Origin: Horticoccus luteus
GTDB taxonomy: Bacteria > Verrucomicrobiota > Verrucomicrobiia > Opitutales > Opitutaceae
Reading direction: 5' to 3'
Assembly (NCBI RefSeq): GCF_019464535.1
Contig: NZ_CP080507.1
Location: forward strand, 1,050,001-1,082,000
Length of the DNA: 32,000 bases
A program made the position numbers and the translations under genes. A model generated the notes under the pieces. The model did no database searches. It was not told where the DNA came from and saw only the letters and a list, made by a program, of their open reading frames with translations. Below, piece by piece: positions 17,148-28,500 of this stretch (the stretch's first letter is position 1; each line of letters starts with the position of its first letter).

Positions 17148-19154
17148 ATGCAAATTCCTCGCTGGGCGGTCGCTTCGGCCGCGTTGGTTTGCTCGGTGGC
17201 GGCGTTCGCGGCCATCGACCCGAAGAACTTCGACCCTGCGGTCAAACCGCAGGACGACTTTTACCAGTTCGCCAATGGCGGCTGGCTAAAAAACAATCCG
17301 GTCCCGCCGGCCTACAGCCGTTGGGGGGCGTTTTACGAAGTCAACGAGACCAATCTGGCCGCGTTGCACACGGTGCTTGAGCAGGCGTCCCGCGCGGAAC
17401 ATCCCAACGCGATCGAGAAGCTGGTCGGCGATTTCTACGCGAGCGGCATGGACGAGGCCGCCATCGACGCGGCGGGCCTCCAGCCGTTGCAACCGGAACT
17501 CGATCGCATCGATGCCATCAAGACGGTCGAGGACGTGCAGGCGGAGATCGCGCATCTGCACGGGCGCGCGGTGCGGGTCGGATTCTTTTTCACGTCGGAG
17601 CAGGATCCCAAGGATACGAAGATGATGATCGCGGCGGGCGGCCAGGGCGGGCTCGGGCTGCCGGACCGCGATTACTATTTCCGCGACGACGAGAAGTCGA
17701 AAACGCTGCGGATGGAATACACCGCGCACGTGGCGCGCATGCTGGAGTTGTCGGGTTGGTCGCCGGATGACGCCAAGCAGGGCGCGGACGACGTGCTCCA
17801 ACTGGAGACGGCGCTGGCGGCGGTCTCGAAGAAGCGGGTCGATCTGCGCGACCCGGTGGCGAATTATCACAAAATGTCGGCCGCCGAGCTGGCGAAGCTC
17901 GCGCCGGAGTTCGATTGGAACCGCTACTTCACGGCGCTCGACATCAAGGACGTGGGTCCGATCGACATCGGGCAGCCGGAGTTTTTCACGGGGTTCAGCA
18001 AGCAGATCAAGGACACGCCGGTCGCAGCGTGGAAGACGTATCTGCGCTGGCATTTGCTGCACGCGGCGGCGCCTTACCTGAGCAGCGCGCTGGTGAATGA
18101 GAATTTCCAGTTCTTCGACAAAACCCTCTCAGGCACGCAGGAACTGCGCGAGCGATGGAAGCGGGTGCTGGGGACGATCGACACGTACACCGGCGAGGCG
18201 CTGGGCCAGCTTTACGTGAAGGAGTTTTTTCCGCCGGAGTCGAAAGCGCGGATGTTGCAGCTCGTGGAAAACCTCCGCGCGGCGTTGCGCGATCGCTTGC
18301 ACACGCTCGAATGGATGGACGACGCGACGAAGGCCCGCGCGTTGGACAAGCTCAACGCGTTTGGCGTGAAGATCGGTTATCCCGACAAGTGGATCGACTA
18401 CAGCTCGGTGAAGATAGACCGGAAGGCCTATTGGCAGAACGTGATGAACGCGCGCGCGTTTGATCACCATCGCAGCATCGCGAAAATCGGCCAGCCGGTG
18501 GATCGCACCGAGTGGGACATGACGCCGCCGACGGTGAACGCGTATTACAACCCCACGATGAACGAGATCGTGTTTCCCGCCGGCATCCTGCAGCCGCCGT
18601 TCTTCGACGCGAAGGCGGATGATGCGGTGAACTACGGCGGCATCGGCGCGGTGATCGGCCACGAGATGACGCATGGTTTCGACGACGAAGGCCGGCAGTT
18701 CGCCGCCGACGGCAGTCTGACGGACTGGTGGACGCCAGAGAGCGCGGCGAAATTCAAGGAGCGTTCCGCGGCGATCGTGAAGCAGTTCAACGGCTATGTG
18801 GCGATCGACGATCTGCACGTGAATGGGGCGTTGACGCAGGGCGAGAACATCGCGGACCTCGGCGGATTGAAGATCGCTTATGCCGCGCTGCAAAAAGCGC
18901 TCGGCGGCAAAGAGCCGGCGAAGATCGGCGGCTTCACTGCGGCGCAGCGGTTCTTCCTGAGCTGGGCGACGGTGTGGCATACGAACATCCGCGACCAGCA
19001 ACTGCGTTTGCAGGTGAACACTGATCCGCACTCGCCGGCGCGTTTCCGCGTGAACGGGCCCGTCTCGAATTTGGAGGATTTCTACAAGGCGTTTGATGTG
19101 CCCGCAGGTGCGCCGATGCGCCGCCCGGACAACGAGCGCGTCGAGATCTGGTAA
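17148..19154 (+). CDS. pepO: M13-family zinc metallopeptidase (PepO/endothelin-converting-enzyme-like), secreted or lipid-anchored
   Basis: N-terminal signal peptide (MQIPRWAVASAALVCSVAAFAA), NAYY, the zinc motif VIGHEMTHGFDD and the third ligand motif GENIADLGG. Confidence 0.9.
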   Translation: MQIPRWAVASAALVCSVAAFAAIDPKNFDPAVKPQDDFYQFANGGWLKNNPVPPAYSRWGAFYEVNETNLAALHTVLEQASRAEHPNAIEKLVGDFYASGMDEAAIDAAGLQPLQPELDRIDAIKTVEDVQAEIAHLHGRAVRVGFFFTSEQDPKDTKMMIAAGGQGGLGLPDRDYYFRDDEKSKTLRMEYTAHVARMLELSGWSPDDAKQGADDVLQLETALAAVSKKRVDLRDPVANYHKMSAAELAKLAPEFDWNRYFTALDIKDVGPIDIGQPEFFTGFSKQIKDTPVAAWKTYLRWHLLHAAAPYLSSALVNENFQFFDKTLSGTQELRERWKRVLGTIDTYTGEALGQLYVKEFFPPESKARMLQLVENLRAALRDRLHTLEWMDDATKARALDKLNAFGVKIGYPDKWIDYSSVKIDRKAYWQNVMNARAFDHHRSIAKIGQPVDRTEWDMTPPTVNAYYNPTMNEIVFPAGILQPPFFDAKADDAVNYGGIGAVIGHEMTHGFDDEGRQFAADGSLTDWWTPESAAKFKERSAAIVKQFNGYVAIDDLHVNGALTQGENIADLGGLKIAYAALQKALGGKEPAKIGGFTAAQRFFLSWATVWHTNIRDQQLRLQVNTDPHSPARFRVNGPVSNLEDFYKAFDVPAGAPMRRPDNERVEIW

Positions 19155-19201
19155 CGTAAAACGCACCGCGTGGCCGAAAAATCGGTCGCGAAAAGAGTTA
19201 C

Positions 19202-19233
19202 AAGCGCCGTCCGGGAAAGGACGGCGCTTTTTG
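19202..19233 (+). terminator. Rho-independent terminator downstream of the M13 peptidase gene
   Basis: AAGCGCCGTCC (19202-19212) pairs perfectly with GGACGGCGCTT (19219-19229) around the loop GGGAAA, giving an 11-bp stem whose last two pairs (A19202/A19203 with T19229/T19228) use the first two T of the TTTTT run at 19228-19232. It sits 48 nt after the stop codon. Confidence 0.8.
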
Positions 19234-19429
19234 TCGGTCGCGCGGTGCAGGCGATGAAAGTAGGTCGGCGCGCTCCCACGAGAGGTTGCGGACGGCGGTG
19301 GTTGAGCGGGGGGAGCGGCGGCTGGATGAGATCTGCGGGCGTGGCGTCGGCGTCGCAAAAGGTTTGCGCCCCATGCGGCCTCGGGCAATTTCCGGGCCTT
19401 CCCGTGGAACTCGTTTCCGATAACTTTCC

Positions 19430-19507
19430 GTGAGGCGCGGCACCCTAGCTTTCGTCGGGGCGCTGGTGGTCGTTCTGCTGTTGGGCGGCGTTCGTCTGTA
19501 TCGCATC
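19430..19507 (+). other. N-terminal signal peptide or signal-anchor of the giant protein
   Basis: MRRGTLAFVGALVVVLLLGGVRLYRI has a basic n-region followed by a ~15-residue hydrophobic core. There is no obvious AxA cleavage site or lipobox. Confidence 0.6.
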
Positions 19508-22500
19508 CGGGCGGCGGAAACGGAAAGGGACAAGACACAGGCCGCATTCGCGGGCGCACCGGAAAGCGAGGCGGCGGAACCTCGCTTGGCGACGGCAGGA
19601 GACGAGGTCAAAACGCCGCGAGCGCAGGCGGAGGGGGCGGGTGCCGGCGGGGGCGCGGGGCAACGGATTTCAGCGGCGGAGGAGTTATGGCAGGAGATTC
19701 CGGCGGGGGCGTTGCGCGAGAGTTTGCTGCGGCTGGACGCGGCCGCGCGGCGGCGGGCGTTGGAGAAACTGGCGCGCTTGCACGTGCCCAAGGAAGACTA
19801 TGCAAGCCTGCGGGCGGCGGCGAATGGCGGGTTGTTTTACGCGTGTGTGTTTCCGCGTCCGCCGGACGAGACGGGCACGCGCAACGCGATGGGGCAGGGA
19901 TCGGGCGGGGCGCTCGCGGGGGCGGCGGGAGCGAGCGTGCCCATCGCGACGCCGCCGGTGTTTCACTCGAAGCCGGGATCGGCCAACGTGCTCTACCTCG
20001 ACTTCAACGGGCACACGATCACGGGCACGGCGTGGAATACGAGCAATGGCGCCGCGGCGGTTTACCAGGCGTTGCCCTACGACACGGATGGCGACGCGAC
20101 GTCGTTCAGCGATGCGGAGCAGGCGGTGATCGCGCAAGTGTGGCAGCGCGTGGCGGAGGATTATGCGCCGTTTGACGTGGACGTGACAACGGAGGAGCCG
20201 GCGGTGTTTACCTCCACGACCGGGCGTGCGGTGATCACGAAGAATGTCGATGCGAACGGCGTGGGCATGCCGTCGGGCACGGCGGGCGGCGTGGCGTGGC
20301 TGGATGTCTTTGGCGAGGCGGATTACGCGACGGCGTCATCGCCCGTGCTCATTTACTATAACAATCTGGGCAACACGCGGGCGGATTATATTGCGGAGGC
20401 GACGGCGCACGAGTTTGGGCACAATCTGAGTTTGTCGCACGACGGACAGACCAACGGCAACGAATACTACGGCGGTCATGGCAGCGGCGAAACGTCGTGG
20501 GGGCCGATCATGGGCACGGGCTACAATCGCAACGTCTCGCAGTGGTCGAAGGGCGAATATTATCTGGCGAACAACACCGAGGACGATCTGGCGATCATCT
20601 CCGGGCATCTGGGCTACCGGGCGGACGAAGCCGGCGGCACCGTCGCGACGGCCGCGGTGGCGGCGGTGAACGGCACGGTGGTCAGTGCGAGCGGCATTCT
20701 CAGCAGCGCGAGCGACAGCGACACGTTTGCGGTCTCGACGGGCGCGGGGACGCTCACGTTGAGCGCCTCGCCGTATCGCGCCGCGAGCAACACCTACGGC
20801 GGCGATGCGGACTTGAAACTGGAAGTGCTCAATGCGGCGGGGACGGTGGTCGCCTCCGCCGACCCGAGCGCCACGACGACGGTTTCGCTCAGCTATGCGG
20901 CGGCGGCGGGGACGTATTTTGTGCGGTTGACGCCGTCGAGCACGGGCACGCCGCTGGCATCGACGCCGACGGGTTATACAAGTTATGCGAGCATCGGCCA
21001 CTACACGCTGACGGGGACGATCGTCCCGGCGGCGCCGCAAATATTGGGGCCGCTGACGGCCAGCACGCCCGCGGGGGCGAATTTTAGCTATGCGATTGCA
21101 GCGACCAACTCGCCCACGAGTTATACGGCGGCGGGCCTGCCGACGGGATTAACGTGCGATGCAGGGTCGGGAGTGATCAGCGGCCGGGCGGCGGTAGCGG
21201 GCGTGTTCGCGGTCGCGCTGACGGCGACGAACGGCGTGGGCTCGGCCCAGGCGACGCTTACTCTGACGATCACGGACGCGGCGCCGGCGATCACGAGCCA
21301 GACGGGCGGCCGCACGACGGTGCCCGCAGGCGGGGTGTTGACGTTGCAAGTGGCGGCGATCAGCGCGAACGGCGCCGCGAGTTATCAGTGGAAACACAAT
21401 GGCCTCGCGGTGGCGGGCGGGACAAACAGCACGCTCACGGTTCCCAGCGCGAGCGTCGCGGGCAGCGGTTATTTTCAAGCAGTCGTCACCAACGCGATCG
21501 GCAGCACGACGAGCGCGGCGATGTTTGTGCGCGTGGCTCCGGCGGTGGCGGAGGTGCTGACGTGGGGGAAAAACGATCACGGGCAGTTGAATGAGCCGGT
21601 CGCGCTGGAAGATGCGACGGAGGTGGTCGCGGGCACTTACCACGTGCTGGCGCTCAAGTCCGACGGGACGGTCGCGGCTTGGGGCGACGACAGCAAGGGG
21701 CAGACGGACGTGCCGGCGGATCTGAGCGACGTGGTGGAAGTCGCGGCGGGGAAATATCATTCGCTCGCGTTGCTCGCCAACGGCACGGTGCGCGGCTGGG
21801 GGCTCGGCACATCCGGGCAGACGACCGCGCCGGATGGGTTGTCGGATGTCGTCGAGATTTCGGCGGGCGATTACTATTCGGTGGCGTTGAAAGCGGACGG
21901 GAGCGTGGTGGCATGGGGCGACAACGCTTATGGCCAGCGGAACGTGCCGGGCGGTTTGAGCGGGGTGATCGGCGTCGCGGCGGGCGCAGCGCATGTGCTC
22001 GCGTTGAAAGGCGACGGCACGGTGACGGCGTGGGGTTGGAACGCGAACGGACAGGCGAGCGTGCCGGGCTCGCTCGCGGGCGTCGTGGCCGTGGCGGCGG
22101 GGACGAATCATTCCGTGGCGTTGAACAGCAATGGGACGGTGACGGCGTGGGGTGCGAGCACGTTCACGAGCGGCGCGAGCGCCCTGACGGGTGTGACCGC
22201 GATCGCTGCGGGCAACAATCACTCGCTGGCGTTAAAAGCCGATGGGACGGTGAGCGGTTGGGGCACGGATACGGATGGGCAGATTGCGGGCGGCGCCGGC
22301 GTGACGACGGTGGTGGGCGTGGATGCGGGGTTGTCGTTTTCCGTGGCGTTGCGCGATGCGACGGGGGACGTGGCGCCGACGTTCACCGCGCAGCCGGTTG
22401 ACCGGGCGATTATCTCTGGCGGGAGCGCGACCTTCTCTGTGGCGACGAACGCTTCGACGGCGAGTTATGGGTGGGAGGTCGATTCCGGGAGCGGCTGGGA

Positions 22501-25500
22501 GGTGGTGGCGGAAGGGGCGCCGTTCAGCGGCGCGGCGACGACGACGTTGAGCATAGCGGACGTGACCACAGTGATGAACGGGTGGCAGTTTCGCTGTGTG
22601 GCGACGAACGCGGCGGGCAGCACGACGTCGTCGGTCGCGACACTGACCGTCGCGAAGGCAGCGCAGACGATCGCGTTCGAAGCGGTGAGCGCGAAGACGT
22701 TTGGCGATGCGGCGTTTGCGGTGAAGGCGACGGCGACGAGCGGGTTGCCGGTGGATGTGAGCGTCGTGAGCGGACCGGCGACGATGGCGAACGGGGTGGT
22801 GACGTTGACGGGCGCGGGCACGGTGACATTGCGCGCGAGCCAGGCAGGCGACGCGCGTTACGCGGCGGCGACGGATGTGAACGTGAGTTTCACGGTGGAA
22901 AAGGCGGTGCCGCTGCTGACTTGGGCCGCGCCGGCGGGGATCGTTTACGGCACGGCTTTGTCGGAAACGCAGCTCAACGCGACGGCGAGCGTGCCGGGCG
23001 TTTTCGTCTATTCGCCGGCGGCCGGAACAGTCTTGGACGCGGGGAGCGGTGCGGTGTTGAGCGTAACGTTTACGCCGGCGGAAACGGAAAATTATACGCG
23101 CGCGACGGCGACGACGACGATCGCGGTGGCGGCGGCGACGCAGACGATTTCTTACGCACCGGTCGGTGCGAAGACATTTGGCGATGCGCCGTTCATTGTG
23201 GCGGCGAGTGCGAGCAGCGGCCTGCCGGTGACGATCGTGGTCGCGGCGGGGCCGGCGAGCGTGGCGAATGGCGCGGTGACGTTGAGCGGGGCGGGCGCGG
23301 TGACGTTGGTCTTACGTCAGGCAGGCAATGCCAACTTTGCCGCGGCGCCGGACGTGCCGGTGATGTTTAGCGTGGCGAAAGACCAGCCTCTGCTCGCGTG
23401 GGAGGCGCCGGCGGCGATTGCGTATGGCACGGTGCTTTCGAGCGCGCAGCTCAATGCGACGGCGGATGTGGCGGGCACGTTTGTTTACGATCCGCCCGCG
23501 GGCACGGTGTTGGCGGCCGGCGAGGCGCAGGTGTTGAGCGTGACGTTCACGCCGGACGATGCGGCGGATTTTACGAAGGCGACGGCGACGACGACGATTA
23601 CCGTGGCGCCGGCGGCGCAGACGATCGCGGTCGACCCGATCACGGCGAAGACGTTTGGCGATGCGGCGTTTGCGGTGACTGCGACGGCGACGAGCGGGTT
23701 GCCGGTGGATGTGAGCGTCGTGAGCGGACCGGCGACGATGGCGAACGGAGTGGTAACGTTGACGGGCGCGGGCGCGGTGTCGTTGCGCGCGAGTCAGGCG
23801 GGCGATCCGAATTTCAAGGCGGCGGATGACGTGGTCGTGAGCTTCACGGTGGCGAAGGCGGGGCCTGTGCTGACGTGGAGCGCGCCGGCGGCGATTGCGT
23901 ATGGCACGGTGTTTTCGAGCGCGCAGCTCAACGCGACGGCGGATGTGGCGGGCACGTTTGTTTACGATCCGCCCGCGGGCACGGTGTTGGCGGCCGGCGA
24001 GGCGCAGGTGTTGAGCGTGACGTTCACACCGGACGATGCGGCGAATTTTACGGAGGCGACGGCGACTACGACGATTACCGTGGCGCCGGCGGCGCAGACA
24101 ATCGCGATCGACCCGATCACGGCGAAGACGTTTGGCGATGCGGCGTTTGCGGTGACTGCGACGGCGACGAGCGGGTTGCCGGTGAGCGTGAGTGTCGTGA
24201 GCGGACCAGCGACGATGGCGAACGGAGTGGTGACGTTGACGGGCGCGGGCGCGGTGTCGTTGCGCGCGAGTCAGGTGGGCGATGCGAATTTCACGGCGGC
24301 GGATGACGTGGTCGTGAGCTTCACGGTGGCGAAGGCGGGGCCGGTGCTGATGTGGAGCGCGCCGGCGGCGATTGCGTATGGCACGGCGTTGTCCACGGCG
24401 CAGCTCAACGCGACGGCGGATGTGGCGGGCACGTTTGTTTACGATCCGCCCGCGGGCACGGTGTTGGCGGCCGGCGAGGCACAAGTGTTGCGCGCGACGT
24501 TCACGCCGGACGATGCGGCGAATTTTGCGGAGGCGACGGCGACGACGACGATTACCGTGGCGCCGGCGGCGCAGACGATCGAGGTTGAGCCGATCGCGGC
24601 GAAGACGTTTGGCGATGCGGCGTTTGCGGTGACTGCGACGGCGACGAGCGGGTTGCCGGTGAGCGTGAGTGTCGTGAGCGGACCGGCGACGATGGCGAAC
24701 GGAGTGGTGACGTTGACGGGCGCGGGCACGGTGACGTTGCGCGCGAGCCAGGCAGGCGACGCGCGTTACGTGGCGGCGACGGATGTGGACGTGAGCTTCA
24801 CGGTGGCGAAGGCGGTGCCGGTGCTGACGTGGAGCGCGCCGGCGGCGATTGCGTATGGCGAAGCGTTGTCCGCGACGCAGCTCAACGCGACGGCGAGCGT
24901 GCCGGGTGCGTTTGCTTACGTTCCGGCGCTCGGGACGACACTTGGGGCAGGAGACGGGCAGGTGTTGAGCGTGACGTTCACACCGGACGATGCGGCGGAT
25001 TTTACGGAGGCGACGGCGACGACGACGATTACCGTGGCGCCGGCGGCGCAGACAATCGCGGTCGACCCGATCACGGCGAAGACGTTTGGCGATGCGGCGT
25101 TTGCGGTGACTGCGACGGCGACGAGCGGGTTGCCGGTAAGCGTGAGTGTCGTGAGCGGACCGGCGACGATGGCGAACGGAGTGGTAACGTTGACGGGCGC
25201 GGGCGCGGTGTCGTTGCGCGCGAGTCAGGCGGGCGATGCGCGTTACGTGGCGGCGACGGATGTGGACGTGAGCTTCACGGTGGCGAAGGCGGTGCCGGTG
25301 CTGACGTGGAGCGCGCCGGCGGCGATTGCGTATGGCGAAGCGTTGTCCGCGACGCAGCTCAACGCGACGGCGAGCGTGCCGGGTGCGTTTGCTTACGTTC
25401 CGGCGCTCGGGACGACACTTGGGGCAGGAGACGGGCAGGTGTTGAGCGTGACGTTCACACCGGACGATGCGGCGGATTTTACGGAGGCGACGGCGACGAC

Positions 25501-28500
25501 GACGATTACCGTGGCGCCGGCGGCGCAGACAATCGCGATCGACCCGATCACGGCGAAGACGTTTGGCGATGCGGCGTTTGCGGTGACTGCGACGGCGACG
25601 AGCGGGTTGCCGGTGGATGTGAGTGTCGTGAGCGGACCGGCGACGATGGCGAACGGAGTGGTGACGTTGACGGGCGCGGGCACGGTGACGTTGCGCGCGA
25701 GTCAGGGGGGCGATGCGAATTTCACGGCGGCGGAAGACGTGGTCGTGAGCTTCACGGTGGCGAAGGCGGTGCCGGTGCTGACGTGGAGCGCGCCGGCGGC
25801 GATTGCTTACGGCACGGCGTTGTCCTCGACGCAGCTCAACGCGACGGCGAGCGTGCCGGGGACGTTTGTTTACGATCCGGCGGCGGGCACAAAACTTGAG
25901 GCGGGGGACGCACAAGTGTTGCGCGCGATGTTTACGCCGGAAGACAGCGCGAATTACGTCTCGGCTTCGCTCACGCGTGAGATCGACGTGAAGCTCATCG
26001 CGACGCAAATCATCACACAGCCGGTTTCCGTGGTCGTGGTGGAAGGGGAGAATGCGATTTTCCGGGTCGTGGCCACGGGCGCGCCCGAGCCAACGTTTCA
26101 ATGGCAGAAAGATGGAACGCCTCTCACCGGCGCGACATCGGCGACGTTGGTGCTCGCAGCGGTGAGCGCAGATGATGCGGGGGCATTTACGGTAACGGTG
26201 GCGAATTCTGCACGCACGGTGGTGAGTCAGGAGGCAACGTTGACGGTGAATCCGATCGCGCCGGTTATTTCGGCCACGGATTTGTCGGCGGTGCAGGGCC
26301 AATCATTTGACTTCCAAATCAACGCCAACACGACGTCCGCGACGTATGGCGCGAGCGGGTTGCCGGCGGGGCTGACGGTGAACACCGCGACGGGCGCGAT
26401 CAGCGGCACACCGACGACGACGGGCAGCTTCACGGTGACGTTGAGCGCCTCCAACGCGACCAGCAGCGACAGCAAACAGATCACGCTGACGGTCCAGCCA
26501 CCGGCGCCGGTCATCACGAGCCCCGGCGCAACCGGCGGCCGCGTGGGCAGCGCGTTCACCTACACGATTGTGGCGTCCAACGGCGCCACCACTTACAGCG
26601 CGCCGTATCTGCCGGACGGGCTCACACTCAATGCGGCGACGGGCGAGATCACGGGTACGCCGACGACCGCGGGGACTTACCTCGTCGTCATCACCGCGAG
26701 CAACGTGACCGGCTCCGCGACGACGCAGCTCCAGATCACCGTGGAATCCGCCGCCAACGCGCCGCTCTACGCGGGCGCCACGTCGTTCAGCGCGGTGCAA
26801 AACACCGGCTTCGCACTGGTGCCGGCGTTCACGAACAGCCCCACCGGTTTCGCGCTCGCGAAGCTCGCCGACGGCACCGATTCGGTGCTGCCGACGGGCC
26901 TCACGTTCAACGCCACCACCGGCGTGCTCACGGGCACGCCGACGCAGGTGGGCGTCTTCACGTTTGCGCTCCGCGCCACCAACGCCGGCGGCAGTTCGAC
27001 GGTCACGTTGACGCTCACGGTCAACCCCGCGCCGGCGGCGCCGAAGATCACCAGCGCGTCGAGCGCGATGGCGACGGTCGGCGTGGCGTTCAGCTTCCAA
27101 CTCACCGCGAGCGCCACGCCCGCCGCGACGAGCTTCACGCTCGTGTCCGGCACGCTGCCCGCGGGCCTCACGCTCAACCCCGCGAGCGGCCTCATCTCCG
27201 GCACGCCGGGCGCACCGGCGCTCACGACGGTGTCGGTCGCGGCGACCAACACCGTGGGCACGGGCGCCGCGGCGCAACTGGTGTTCTCCGTGTCGCCGTC
27301 ACCGACGGCACCGGCGATCACGTCGGCGCTCGTGGCCACGGGCCAGGTCGGCACCGCGCTCAGTTATCAACTCACGGCGTCGAACACGCCCACGTCGTTC
27401 ACCCTTGTGTCCGGCACGCTGCCGGCGGGTCTCGCGTTTGACGGGGCGACAGGCGCGATCTCGGGCACGCCCACGACCGTGGGCCAGCGCCGCGTTTACT
27501 TCGCCGCGAGCAACGCCTCCGGCCGCGGCCTCGCGCTCGAAGTGCTCTTCAGCATCACCGCCGCGCCGACCGTGCCGGTGGTGACGAGCAACCCGACCGC
27601 GGAAGGGCAGGTCGGCCAGGCGTTCCTCTATATTGTCACGGGCACGAACACGCCGATCAGCTACGGCGTGACGGGCACGCTGCCCGCCGGCCTCGTGGCC
27701 GAGGAAGGCGTGATCTACGGTGTGCCCGCGCAATCGGGCACGGCGATCCTCACGCTGACCGCGACCAACGCCGACGGCACCGGCGCGGCGAAGACGCTGA
27801 CGATCACGATCCGCCCCGCGCCTGCGACGCCGGTCATCACGAGCGCGCTCAACGCCTCGGGCCGCGTGGGCACGGCGTTCGCGTATCAAGCGACCGCGAC
27901 GGAGAACGCGACCTCGTTCGTCGCGCTCGGGCTGCCCTCGGGCCTCACGATGAACAGCGCCGGCCAGATCAGCGGCACGCCGACCGCGGCGGGCACGTTC
28001 GGCGTGACGCTCCGCGCCACGAACGCCGCGGGCGCGGGCACGCCAGCGATCCTCTCGCTCGCGATCAACGCCGCCGCGCAAGCGCCGAAGCTCACGAGCG
28101 CCGCCGCGCAGGCCGGCAAAGTGCGCGTGCCCTTCACGTATCAAGCGAGCGCCGCGCCCGGTCCGATCACGAGCTACGGGTTGACCGGCACGCTGCCGCT
28201 CGGCCTCGCGTTCAACACCTCCACCGGCCTGCTCTCCGGCACGCCCGCCGAGTCGGGGGTGTTTGTCGTGACGCTGACCGCGACGGCCGACGCCGGCACG
28301 AGCCTCGGCCAGGACGTGGCGTTGTTCATCTCGCCCGCCGACGATGTGCCGGTGATCAACAGCTCCACGCGCGCCGACGGCACGGTGGACGCTGCGTTCA
28401 GCTTCACCGTCACCGCGACGAATCTGCCGGCCGCGCCGTTCCCGCCGTATGCGACGATCGACGCGATCGGGTTGCCCGACGGCCTCGCGATCAATCCCTC

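Noticed and set aside
19234-19429. The ~200-bp leader upstream of the giant gene (and the 29162-29432 spacer) examined for tRNA, riboswitch or sigma54-type promoter elements
   Set aside because: I found no T-loop (GTTCRANYC), no cloverleaf, no TGGCAC-N5-TTGC match and no conserved riboswitch core that I can recognise by eye. Covariance-model scanning (Infernal/Rfam) would be needed to exclude small RNAs.
22658-25996. Regularly spaced repeats considered as a possible CRISPR array or mobile-element repeats
   Set aside because: The period is 477 bp with no short repeat/spacer structure. All units are in frame within one ORF and encode beta-sandwich modules. No cas, transposase or integrase genes are present.
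23312-26302. 996-aa minus-strand ORF inside the giant gene, and the similar ORFs 27299..29203(-), 26303..27277(-) and 21149..22222(-)
   Set aside because: Extremely Arg-rich periodic sequence that simply mirrors the 477-bp repeats on the opposite strand. It has no domain signatures, and the plus-strand frame has coherent domain architecture throughout.
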